From: Mesotaenium endlicherianum
Lineage: Eukaryota
NCBI GenBank assembly: GCA_009602735.1
Contig: WELA01002297.1
Span: forward strand, 153,861-187,515
Direction of reading: 5' to 3'
Length of the DNA: 33,655 nucleotides
Numbering within the stretch: position 1 is the first letter of the stretch; each line of letters starts with the position of its first letter. Positions 22,599 through 33,655 of this stretch are shown piece by piece. The position numbers and the translations under genes were made by a program. The notes beneath the pieces were generated by a model. It had not been told where the DNA came from and ran no database searches. It was given only the letters and a program-made list of their open reading frames with translations.

Positions 22599-25500
22599 GT
22601 GCATTTAGTAGGCATCTCCAGCTGTAATCTTAAGCCTGCGACACTCATTGATCTCTCTCGTGACATCTGGAAAGCGGGAATCCACGACGCTGAACGAGCA
22701 GCTTATGGAGCTCATGTGCAGGCAGTCCTGGACAGGCGCTGTCTCTCCCTGAGGCACGAGGTCACCGAGCTGACGGAGCTCGAGTCAACCACGGCCAAGC
22801 TCTTGGAAGCTGCTCGCATTCTGGAGCTGACAGAGGTACTCGTCACACGGATTGCTCTGTCACAGTCACTTTCTCTGCCCCTCTTTCGCATCAAACAACG
22901 CCACCGAGCGCGAGATGTACGCCGTCTCTTGCATGAATTGCAGTACACGCAGCACAAAGGAAGACACATTCTCTATTGAAGAGGGCCTGCTCTCTCCCCT
23001 TTTCTTCCACTCCCTCTCCCCCCATGGCCGGGAGTATGCTAGCAAGACGTTCAAATCTGCTGGCGGGGCTGAGGGTGCGGCAGACAGAGCTCTACTTCTT
23101 GGAGGAGGCAGAGGGGGGACCACACAGTCCGCGAAACGAGGCGCAGGCGCTCTTTGTTGTGCTGTCAGCCATACGCCAGCAGCTCCCCGCCGATCACCCA
23201 GCCGCTGCCAGCTGGCAAGCCTCTCTGCAGAGTACGCTGGATAGCCTGGGAGCCTCCGAGGAGGGGAGGGACAGTGTGGGGGAGGTGTGCACTGGGGAGG
23301 CGGAGCTGCGGCTGTGTGAGTGGGCCAAGGAGCAAGGCATCTGCAGCTCCGTCGTGCCAGCTGGTAGGTTTCTCACGCTCTAGGATGAGAGAATTTCTGT
23401 CACGGAGGCACAACATACACATACACTCACACATACACACTCACACGCAGGCACGCGCGCACATACACTCAGACAGACACACACACACACACACGCGCGC
23501 GCACGCACACACACACACGCACGCGCACGCACACACACTCGCGCATGCACATGCACACGCACACACAGACACATGCACACGCTCACTCTGCGAGACACAG
23601 GCTTGCCTCTTCCGGCTCCGCTCTCTCCTCCCCCCTCTCGCCTCGCTCCTCGCTCGTTCTCCCCCCCCTCCCACCTCCAATGCTGCGCTGCTGGGGCCCG
23701 CCTCTGCACACATGCGTAGGCAGCTCCCACCTTTCTTTCTTTCAGTCGTGAGCTGAGAGCAGACAGTAGCCCACAAGGGAGACCTTCTTGGGCAGGTACG
23801 GGTAGCAATGTGTCTGTATACTTAGAGATATATCTATATATATAGTTATATATATCTCTATATATATCTATCTATATGTATGTATCTATATGTATCTATC
23901 TATATGTGCGTATCTATATGTATCTATATATATCTGCGTGCGTATGTGCCTAGCCCTGCATGGCGTGAGGCTCTCCTCCCCTCTGCAGATACCACACGGA
24001 GCTCAAACGCTGCACAGCTGGAATTCACGTGCACGGAACCGGCGTGATGCTGACTTGGCGGAGGTGCAGCAGTCTGCCCTCTTGTCCTGCCCTGCGTCGG
24101 GCTCTCTCCAACTCGATATGCAATCGTCAGCTCTGTTCGGATCAGAGAGGAGGGAGGGACGAGCGCAGATCGTGAACGATCGCAGGATCCCATTCACGGG
24201 GGGAGGAGCTAGCTGGGACCGGTGGCCAGCAGATGTGCCGGCTAAGCTGCTGCTGCTGCTGCTGCTGCTGGTGGTGGTGGTGGTGGCGGCGGCGGGCGGG
24301 TGCAGACTTTGTGACAACGGGGCGGGGCGCGGCAGCGGCGCAGGCCATGGCTGCCGGCGACGTGGTGGTGCGCGTTCCCGAGAGGCTTCTCCTGTGCTCT
24401 CGAACGGCGCTTGCTTCCGACATCGTAACGCCCCGCCTCTCCTCCCGCACCCACCTCTCGGCCATGGCTCCCCTCGATCTCGTTTGCCCCCCTTCATCGC
24501 GCTGCCCCCATGCACGTGTTGCTGATTGTGTTGCTGCTGCTGCTGCTACTGCTGCTGGCAATGTCCCCCACTTGTCCGTGATTTGTTTGTTATGCTCGAC
24601 TGGGGGTGCTGCCACCCTTGCCTCACTCGTAGCTGGAGTACTTCTTCGAGGGCGGGGTCTCATGCTGCACACTCATGCACACACACACACACAAACACAC
24701 ATACGCAAGCGCACGCGCACGCGCGCACACAGGCACGCAAGTGTGCAATTGCACATGCTTGATGCGTGCGTGCCTGCGTGAGCACCGTGGTCCCGGAGAT
24801 GGATGGGGAGGGTGGGTGGAAGGGGCACCAGGAGCGGACGGGTGGGAGGGTGACCAGAGGGGAGGGAGAGTGGGCAGGGGTTTCGGGCTTTGGGGTTTTG
24901 GGGTTTTGGGGTTGATGGAATCGAGCGGTTGCGGGTGGCGGGGCTCAGGAGCGCAGGGCCCCCTGTTGAGCTCCATCAACGGCCTGGACGACGGCGCCCT
25001 CTCGCTCCTCTGGACCATGCGGGAGCGCCACCTGGCATCCTCACCCTTCGCCCCCTTCTTCGCCTCTCTCCCCGAGGCCTTCTCCACAGGTGAGGCGCGC
25101 TGCCAGCTGTCTCCGGCTCCGCCCCCTCCTGCATCCCGGTGTTCCCGGAGGAGGCACGAGTGGGGGGGAGCGAACGCGCAAGCAGGAGGGCAGGGGTCCT
25201 CTTCTTCTGGAAAGATGCTGACCCACAGCGGCCGAGCCCGCTCGGGCATGGGAATATGCGGGAGGGGCTTGGCAGGGCTGAGCATGGGGCCGGCGGCGCT
25301 GGCAGAGCTGCAGGGCACCCTGCTGCTGGAGGAGCTGCTCGCCTCCCGGCAGGTCTGCCGCTCGCTCCCCTCCCTTTCCCCGGCTGATGTGTCTGGTTCT
25401 TGCCCACCCTGGCCACTTGGTCCTCCTTCCTTCCTTCCTTCCACCTCTGAGAGACGGGCCTTGGCCAGCGTGTACTCCGGCCCTGGCAGCAAGCACTGCC

Positions 25501-25702
25501 TAGGTCTCAGCCGCTTCTCTCAATCTGAGCCTGACGCCGACATTCCGGGGGGCCCTGAGAGCCACCCCGCCCATAGGCTTCCAGGTTGCGCGGCTGCTGC
25601 CGCCGCCACTGCTGCTGCTGCCACCGCCGCTGCTGCTGAGGAGCTCATGTGTATGCTCGCCCTCCCCCCTCTTCGATGCCCTCTAAACCGCTTGGAGCTG
25701 GA

Positions 25703-25751
<49 letters not shown>

Positions 25752-28700
25752 GTGGTGGTGGTGGCGTCGGGGGCGCGGGCGCGGGCGGCGGCAGCACATG
25801 AGGCGGCAGTACGACGCGCTCTTCCCCGCACTCAGCCACGCGCACCCCGACGCGTTCCCGCCGGAGCGCTGCACCTGGGCGCACTTCATGTGGGCGGCGC
25901 AGCTGTGGTACTCACACGGGCTGCGCGTGCGCTTTCCCGACGGCCGCACGCAGGCCTGCCTCATCCCCATGGCCAACCTCCTCAACCACTCGGTGACCTC
26001 CCCCCCCNNNNNNNNNNNNNNNNNNNNNNNNNNNNNNNNNNNNNNNNNNNNCCCCCCCCCCCCAACCCGCCCCCCCCGGGCCCTAAATGGACCAAACACA
26101 CCCAGCTGAAGCACCCCGGTTCTGCTGCCTGCGCGGTCCCGGCGCCCCCGCGGCCTGCCAGCTGTGCCTGCCATTGCAAGCAAGCCCGCCCCAGCATTTG
26201 AGGCCGCATGCGGCGGTGGTGCTGGCAGCACTCTCTCTCTGGTGGTGCATGCTTCTTCCTCACTGCAAATGGAAGCGTCGGGCAGACAAGCGGATACGGC
26301 CCCCTGACAGGGAGAGGCCGATGCAATCCATCACCGCTGCCAGGCCAGGCCATCACCAACCAGGAGCTTCGGGGGGGCTAACCGCAGAAGTGGCCAGCAT
26401 ACCGCGTCCAGCACGTGGCCCTGGGGAGAGTCGCACTCAATCCCACTCAATCTCAAGTTCTGTCTCTGCCACGGTTCATGTGTGGCCTCCAATCCAAGTG
26501 GCCCCCATCCCACGTTCATTCCAGCTCCCGCCCCCGGCCCCCGGACCCCATCGTTTGCCCCCCTTGCTTCTCCATCCCCCCGGAAGCTCATGCCTGCCTA
26601 CCGGGTGCTGCGCGGGGGGTGGGCGACAGGTGTACCCGCACGCGACGCACTTCAGCAAGGTGGAGGCGGCGTCGCGCTGCCTGATTGTGCGCGCGCTGGC
26701 GGGGTGCGCGCGCGGGCGCCAGTGCTTCCTCAGCTACGGCGCGCTCTCCGACGCCGACCTGCTGCTCTTCTACGGCTTCGTAGTGGCCCACCCCAACCCG
26801 TACGACACGGTGCCCATCGGTGCGTGCCCGCCGGTGCCGCGCCTGCCTGCGGGGCTGCCCTTCTCCCGAGCGCGCGCCGGCTCTCGCCCCGCCTCGGTTG
26901 GGGTCTCTGTCGAGGGCCTCTCTTGTCCCTCTGCCAGGGGTCGGGTTCTGAACCTGGCTGACTGCGGGTCGAGGCGGGCGGGCGGGGCAGCTCCTGCGCA
27001 GGGTGTGGCACGCGGGGGTGGGCATGCGCGCTCACCTCGCTTTTCTGTGTGCGCCTCGGCTTTGGGCTGATGTCTGGGTCCTCGCGGTACGGGTGTGTGC
27101 GTGCGACGCAAGTCTGCTTCTGTCGTCATCAGCTGGTTCGGATACTCCCGAAAAGTGCACCTGCCGTGGGGGGACCCCTCCCTCTGCAGCCCAGCCACAG
27201 CCCGTTCTTCCGTTACTCCTTTCCTCGAGGGTCTCGCCTGCGTCGACTCACCTGACTCCTTTCCCTTCCTATCATCAAAACGACGTGCGTCCCTCATGCT
27301 CCTTGCTCCAATCTGTGTGTGAGTGTGCTTGTGCAACTGCACGGGGGGGGTCGGGCGTGTGGGCACATTTGGGGCGTCGATGGCTGTGGTGTGCCTGTGG
27401 CAGCAGCTGGAGCATGGTGCCGGCAGCACCAGGTTGTTCACTGCTGATCAAGCACACGTTGGGCCATGACCTGCTTTGAGGCAGCATCGACAGCTGTCGA
27501 GCTTGTGGACTGACACCCAGTTCCTCCTCTTTCTTACAAAGCCTTCCTGTCCCTGTAGTGGCAAATTGCTTCTCTCAAGTTAGGGGTTGCCAATCACAGT
27601 GTGTGTGTGTGTGTGTGACGTGGCGCAGAGCTGGAGCTACCAGAGGAGGAGGATGATGAGTTGGCGCAGTCCCGCCTGGCGCTGCTGGAGCGTCACGGGT
27701 TGGGGCTGGACCACATGGTGCGCGCGTGCACGCACGGGAGAGGCCTGCCACCCAAGCTGCTGGCGGCGCTGCGCGTGCTCAGCATGGAGGCGGACGAGCT
27801 GGCGTCGTACGGCGGCAACCCGCTGAGGGACCCGGTCAGGCTTCCACCCGCTGCCTCCTCTGTGTGCTCTCTCTCGTTTTCCGCTCGTGGGGCCATTGCA
27901 GATCAGCTCCCCGCTCGTGTGCATGTGCATGTGCGCGCGCGTGTGTGTGTGTGATCACGTGCGCGCGTATGTGCATGTGTGTGTGCATGTGCATATGCGC
28001 TCTTGTGTGCATGTGTGTGTGTTGTCTAGCCTCAGGCGCCGTGAAAGAGGGGGCGCATTGAATACTCTGTTGGTCTGCACTGCCAGCAGACAAGGCAAGT
28101 CCCGCATTGCTGACACGAGGGCGGGTGCACGCTTGCCACTATTATTGTTTCATGGGAGGCCCGGGGGNNNNNNNNNNNNNNNNNNNNNNNNNNNNNNNNN
28201 NNNNNNNNNNNNNNNNNNNNNNNNNNNNNNNNNNNNNNNNNNNNNNNNNNNNNNNNNNNNNNNNNNNNNNNNNNNNNNNNNNNNNNNNNNNNNNNNNNNN
28301 NNNNNNNNNNNNNNNNNNNNNNNNNNNNNNNNNNNNNNNNNNNNNNNNNNNNNNNNNNNNNNNNNNNNNNNNNNNNNNNNNNNNNNNNNNNNNNNNNNNN
28401 NNNNNNNNNNNNNNNNNNNNNNNNNNNNNNNNNNNNNNNNNNNNNNNNNNNNNNNNNNNNNNNNNNNNNNNNNNNNNNNNNNNNNNNNNNNNNNNNNNNN
28501 NNNNNNNNNNNNNNNNNNNNNNNNNNNNNNNNNNNNNNNNNNNNNNNNNNNNNNNNNNNNNNNNNNNNNNNNNNNNNNNNNNNNNNNNNNNNNNNNNNNN
28601 NNNNNNNNNNNNNNNNNNNNNNNNNNNNNNNNNNNNNNNNNNNNNNNNNNNNNNNNNNNNNNNNNNNNNNNNNNNNNNNNNNNNNNNNNNNNNNNNNNNN

Positions 28701-30024
28701 NNNNNNNNNNNNNNNNNNNNNNNNNNNNNNNNNNNNNNNNNNNNNNNNNNNNNNNNNNNNNNNNNNNNNNNNNNNNNNNNNNNNNNNNNNNNNNNNNNNN
28801 NNNNNNNNNNNNNNNNNNNNNNNNNNNNNNNNNNNNNNNNNNNNNNNNNNNNNNNNNNNNNNNNNNNNNNNNNNNNNNNNNNNNNNNNNNNNNNNNNNNN
28901 NNNNNNNNNNNNNNNNNNNNNNNNNNNNNNNNNNNNNNNNNNNNNNNNNNNNNNNNNNNNNNNNNNNNNNNNNNNNNNNNNNNNNNNNNNNNNNNNNNNN
29001 NNGGGGGGGGAGGGTGGGAGAGAGGGGTGTTTGGAATGTTGCTGCGGACGGCCTCGCCATCGTCGTTGCTTTGGTGTCTGAGTGATGGCCAGCATGCTTA
29101 GCTGGCAACTGGAATCGTGGAGGGGGGCTTGCGTGGAGGTGCATGCGTGCGCTCTCGCTTGAGAGTTGAAGATGTGTGAGTGAGGAAGAGGGCCGCTGAG
29201 GCAGTGGCTGAGACGGAGAGGGAGGGTGTGGGAAATGGTTGCGGCGCTGATGGTGGGTGCGGCGGCGGCTGTGGAGGGGCCAGGTCAGCAAGCGCAACGA
29301 GGTGGCGGCGCTGGAAGCGCTGGATGCTGTCGTCTCCGCCCTCCTCCAGATGCTTCTCCCGGCGGCAGCTGGCGATGCGTCGGATCAGGCGCGGTGAGGG
29401 CCTCGCTCTCAGAAGCCACCAGCTGGCGTGTATGATGTGTGCGTCGTCTGAGGAGAAGCACACAGGAACAATGCTCCCGCTCCTCCATCGCTCGTGTGAA
29501 GAACACGGGAGGGCAGGGTGTGTTGGCACACGGTCGGAGGAGCTGTAATCCGACGCGCCTGCGAGTTGAGGTGCTGGAGTGCCAAGTGGCAAGTGCACGC
29601 GTGCTCGGGGATCATCTATGTCTGCCGGGTTCAGGTTACGGACCCTGAGCTGACTGAAAGGCCTCCATGATTGTCACCGTGTGGCTCAACTGTTGAATCT
29701 CATGCAAGTAGGTTAGGTAGCATGATGTGGTCTGCTCCCCCAAAATGAAAAGCAGAGTTACAAACGTCCTGTGTGTACCAATTCAATAAGAACCAAGCTT
29801 GTGCTTGGCAAGCCGAGGGAAGTTGTCTTCTATATTGACACGGGTCGTGCGCCTGTTCTTCTCTCTCTGTTTATTTGAGCAGTGACTCTCTGAACAGTGC
29901 AGGTGCCGAGGAGGAGGCCCCGGAGGATCCAGCTGCGCTGGCAGCGTTCAAGTTCAAAAAGAGTCAGCTGATGCTCTTGCAGTCTGTGCACGACGCGTGC
30001 ATGTCTGCGCTCTTGAAAGTGTAG
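22599..30024 (+). CDS. SET-domain protein, Rubisco LSMT/SETD3-like methyltransferase family (At2g18850-like), 10 exons; start codon unresolved
   Basis: Exons ~22599-22835, 23084-23363, 24306-24424, 24957-25089, 25276-25352, 25795-25992, 26630-26819, 27629-27834, 29284-29393 and 29898-30024 (TAG), all phase-consistent. Motifs: GRGAAA...GDVVVRVP, LLWTMRERH...F.P.F.SLPE.F.TGLS, L.GTLLLEE, FPDG...CLIPMANLLNHS, QCFLSYG..SDADLLLFYGF...NPYDTV, then an LSMT substrate-binding region (LLAALRV, VSKRNEVAAL). Confidence 0.92.
23410..23582. repeat. (CA/CG)n compound microsatellite in SET intron 2
   Basis: acacatacacatacactcacac...cacacacacacgcgcgcgcacgcacac. Confidence 0.85.
23815..23933. repeat. (TA/TATC/TATG)n microsatellite in SET intron 2
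   Basis: tatatctatatatatagttatatatatctctatatatatctatctatatgtatgtatc... Confidence 0.85.
26008..26051. other. Assembly gap (N run) flanked by poly-C, inside SET intron 6
   Basis: N run read directly. Confidence 0.95.
28168..29002. other. Assembly gap (N run) flanked by G runs, inside SET intron 8
   Basis: N run read directly. The flanking exons 8 and 9 join in phase 0, so no exon needs to be missing. Confidence 0.95.
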
Positions 30025-30781
30025 CCTGAGGAGCCTGTGGGCAGCCGGGTTAGCTACCACTCTTTCCAAGATGGGATGATGTCAATAGTGAGTTACTTGT
30101 AAAGCATTTGTATTGTAAGAGCAATTCTCAACACAGCCATTGCACGCAATTTGTCAATTCGTCTGCAATTGAGCCAGGAGACTGGTTCATGCACTTGGGG
30201 GCATCATGCTTGACTGATACCATGCGTGATTGTGACCCCGTGGATTCCAAATATTGACCCAGAGAAGCCTCTGTCTCAGTGGCCAAGGTCTGCCAACCTT
30301 CTGCAGACAATGAGCAGACATCAAGTGAGATCTTCCGCGCGGCTGTTAAGCGGCGTCACTCATTATTAAGCACTACGTTCGTCTGCAGCTGAGTACTTGA
30401 TTATTTTTGAGCAAATTAATAGCCCGTGGTGAAGTTACTTGAGCACAGGCAATGTCATGTCCAGGAGCCTGCAAGTACATTGCACAGGCTCTAAGAGTCG
30501 ATAAAGTAAAAAAAGGTGGAGGCGCCTCGCACACTTAAGGTAGCACACAGCACCAAAATTGCGGGCCCTTGCGCACTCAGCATGCGCACGCGCACAGATT
30601 TGAGTTGTGCGCCGACCTGCTTGTTGTACTCGTCTGAAGGTAGTGCAAGCAAGAGCATCACTTAGCACGGGCTCAATTTCATTTCTACCGACGGCCTTGC
30701 CACTCCTGGCCTGTCCTGCTAGCCGGCGCTGCATGCACAGAGACTCACTCAGTTTGAACAGTGCTTCGATCCCGCCTCAGC

Positions 30782-33462
30782 TCAGAGTGCAGGCGTGGCC
30801 GCCAGCTCTTTGATCTGCTGGATCGTGTACACGCCAAACACCTGGTCGTCTAGCACAGCCTTGATGGCAGAGGCTGCGATGTCCTCCACGCTGACAGGTG
30901 GCGCCAGCAGGAGGTCGGAGGCAGGCAGGGGCTTGAGGAACTTGGTGACGCCCTCGGCCGCCGCCAGCAGCTTCTCCAGGGGCTGCCCCACCGCGTCCAG
31001 CGGGACGTCCACGGAGCTCACGCGCCTCTTGCCGTAGATGAAGCCCGGCCGCAGCACCACTCCTGCTCACACGCACACACACGCCCACACGCCCGCAGAG
31101 TATCGCAGAGCAGCTTCAGCTTCATGAGGTGCAGACGGTCCCACGGGCTCAGGCTGTGCAGCAGTACAGAGGGAACATCAAATTCAAAAACAAAAAAAAC
31201 AAAGAGAGCAAGTTCTACACTCAAGTCGAGCAACAAACGTGCACCTGCTCCCACCTAACAGGAGGAGGGAGGGAGACAGGAGGGCAAACCGCAACAAGCG
31301 CCTGCGGGATGCTCAGATGAACCTCGTGCACAAAGAGCACAGCCCCAGACTCACCGGTGGAGGGGAACTTGGCGAGCAGCTGCGCCTCCGCCCGCCTCTT
31401 GCCGTTGAAGTAGCCGGTGCCCAGCACGAAGGACGGCAGGTTGTACTCGTGCACCGACACGTACACAAACTTCCTCACGCCTGAGCATCGGCAAGCGCGC
31501 GCACAGAGAGACACAGACACAACCAATGCATGACTTGAATATGTGCTCATGCCCTGGCCCTGGCGTACCTCCAGCAATTTCGCTTTGTATCTCGCAATTG
31601 CCTCTGTGCTTGCAGACCAATGAACTGGCTGGCGGGATGGCAGGGCAAGAAAAGGCAACGCCGTCGAGGAACGCGGCGCACACGTGTCGGCATGAGCACG
31701 TCTGTAAAAGAAGGGCGGGCAGAAGGACCCCCCTCCCTCCCTCCCTCCCTCCCCAAATGCACCCCCAGAGAGACTCAAGCGTGTGCACGCCTGCCAGACA
31801 TGCAGCACGGGCGCACGCACGCTCGAACACACGCACTCTCGAGACAAACACAGCCGGATGCACGCACGCATTTGCGGTGGCACGCTCGCACGCGCACCTG
31901 CTCGCTCGACGGCGTCCACGGCGGCAATGTTGGCGTCGCCGTTGATCCGCTCCATCTGCTCGTTGCTGCCGAAGCCCCCTATGCAGGACACCACGGCGTC
32001 CACCCCCGCCAGCAGCCGGCTCCACTCCGCCGTGAACACGTCCCCTGCACACGCGCACGCGGCGCGCTCCCACTCGATCAGACCCCTCTCCCATCTTCCA
32101 CCACGTTTGACGCCGCAAGTTCTCGCTGATGCAAAGGTCCACCAGTGTCTCCACCGTGTGATCGAGCGAGGTGAGAGGGCACCGGCAGAAACAACCTGAA
32201 GCTTAGCCCCTGGAGTCTAAATCCTGCACCGCTAACCACTGCATGCATGAGCCCAGATGACTGCAGCCATGTTTGTGCAACACAACGCAGCCAGCTGTTG
32301 GAGGGAAGGACAACGCTGACGCCCTCCCTGCCAGTTGTCGTCGAGGCTTGAGGGGAGCTCCATGACACACCCAGGAAGCACGCGCGGGCTGTGGGAGAGG
32401 GAGAGCGGAGAGCGAAGGGAGTTGGGGGGGGTGGGGAGCACCTCGCTCCCACTTGACCTCCTCAACCCACGGCTCCGTGTACGACGGCGGCCCCGACCTG
32501 GCGCCACCAGTGAGCACGCCCCCCCCCACCCCAACCCCCCGCAGACAACAAAGAGTGTGTGTCAGCAGGGCCACCTCGTGAGAGCGGCAGAGAGCGGCAG
32601 CAGGGCCGACGCGGATGCAGGCAGCCGCTTGCTCTCGTATCCATTCCCTGCATAGAGCGCCCCCTCCAGGACAAGCTGGCAGGGGCCCCGGGAGAATGCC
32701 GCGCCCGAGCAGCAGGATGGACCTCTGGCGGCCCCGCTGTTCCGTCGTGCATGCGTCGGTGACAAGCCATCGGCATCTTCCGAATTACACCCGGGCTCCT
32801 CAGCTCCCTTTGCTGGCCTAGAATGTCACGCCTGGAAGCTGAGCTGTCCCGCCATGCAGCAGCCACAGGGATGCGCCTTTCCCCGAGTCCGGAGGCTGCA
32901 GGATGCCAACGCGTAGACAGCAGTGACGGCAGGCCCGGGACAGCTGTGCACCCAACCGGCTGACTTGTGACAGGTGGCTTGTCACCTTCCGCCTTTGCTA
33001 TCATGGAAATGCTGTGTCATCAGCTGCCTGCTCCACCAGCCCAGCGGTTCGTGCCGTGCCTGCGGAACCGCTCTATTCATCTGCCTATCATAGCTGACAG
33101 TAATTTTGAGTCATATGGTACTGCATCATATGGTACTGCACACCCTACCACCCCGCCCCCTCCCCCCCTTCCCCCCTTCCCCCCGACCTCTCCCCTCCTG
33201 TCCCTCTCTCCTCCCTCTCTTGCTTCCGGGAAAGAGAGTGAGGGGTAGTGAAATGCGGCTGACGCTTCAGCCACATGAGAAGCTCCCGGAGTGACGAAGA
33301 AAGAGGAGGGGGCCCAAGAGGGTGTGGTGGTATCTAAAAGCGGGCGTGACGGAGCGGGCTTCAGGAAAGACACCTGTTGAGGCTGACGACCTCTATGCCC
33401 TCCTTCAGCGCCTCTCTGCAGACAGCTGTACCCACGAACCCGTTGCCGCCTAGCACCAGTAT
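30782..33462 (-). CDS. NAD(P)-binding Rossmann-fold protein (atypical SDR / flavin-reductase-like, At1g32220-like); 5' exons outside the window
   Basis: Exons 33462-33374, 32497-32442, 32044-31898, 31480-31355 and 31062-30782 (TGA), all phase-consistent. Peptide ILVLGGNGFVGTAVCREA (GGxGxxG dinucleotide-binding motif)...SLNRSGPP..EPWVEEVKWERGDVF...VVSCIGGFGSNEQMERINGDAN...FVYVSVHEYNLP...GYFNGKRRAE...VLRPGFIYGKR...LLAPPVSVEDIA. Confidence 0.93.
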
Positions 33463-33596
33463 CTGCAAGAGCATACCAAGCAGAGGGACGGAGGGAGGGA
33501 GGGAGAGGGAAGGGGAGAGAGAGAGCGAGCAAGCGAGAAAGAGAGCAGCTGAGGCCCGCCGTCAGCCGGCAAGCAGCTGCTTGCATCCTCCCCGAA

Positions 33597-33597
<1 letters not shown>

Positions 33598-33636
<39 letters not shown>

Positions 33637-33655
33637 AGAGAGAGAGAGAGAGAGA
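33598..33655. repeat. (GA)n microsatellite in an intron of the Rossmann-fold gene
   Basis: agagagagag... continuing to the window end. Confidence 0.95.

Noticed and set aside
24675..26201. 508-aa plus-strand ORF, and the similar 327-aa ORF at 26087
   Set aside because: These read through GC-rich introns and an N gap. Only the SET exons inside them are protein-like.
27887..29297. 300-420-aa ORFs on both strands
   Set aside because: They consist almost entirely of N-gap codons.

Overview
Eukaryotic, intron-rich genomic DNA from a green plant lineage. The gene families and intron style suggest a streptophyte alga; this is inference. Five spliced genes can be rebuilt by hand with phase-consistent GT-AG introns: (1) the 3' end of condensin subunit CAP-D2 (+, ending 2703); (2, 3) a tandem pair of B12D/NDUFA4(MLRQ)-like genes with long N-terminal extensions (-, 4120-5551 and 6701-9074, the second with a 1-nt frameshift); (4) a Rubisco-LSMT-type SET-domain methyltransferase resembling Arabidopsis At2g18850 (+, ~22600-30024); (5) an NAD(P)-binding Rossmann-fold protein resembling At1g32220 (-, 30782 to beyond the right edge). 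The 9.1-22.5 kb interval is gene-poor. It holds TE-like pieces (an LTR-like segment, a TA-flanked foldback MITE with a 108-bp central palindrome), a 95-bp minisatellite, a decayed Q/E-rich frame with an internal inversion and hairpin, and a 1233-bp duplication across a single N that is probably an assembly artefact. The most striking signal is intron architecture. In the three GC-rich genes, about 13 of 18 acceptors have G-rich or (GT)n tracts in place of a polypyrimidine tract, and many intron 5' ends are C-rich and complementary to them. This suggests splicing guided by RNA structure. Family assignments come from recalled sequence similarity, not from database searches.
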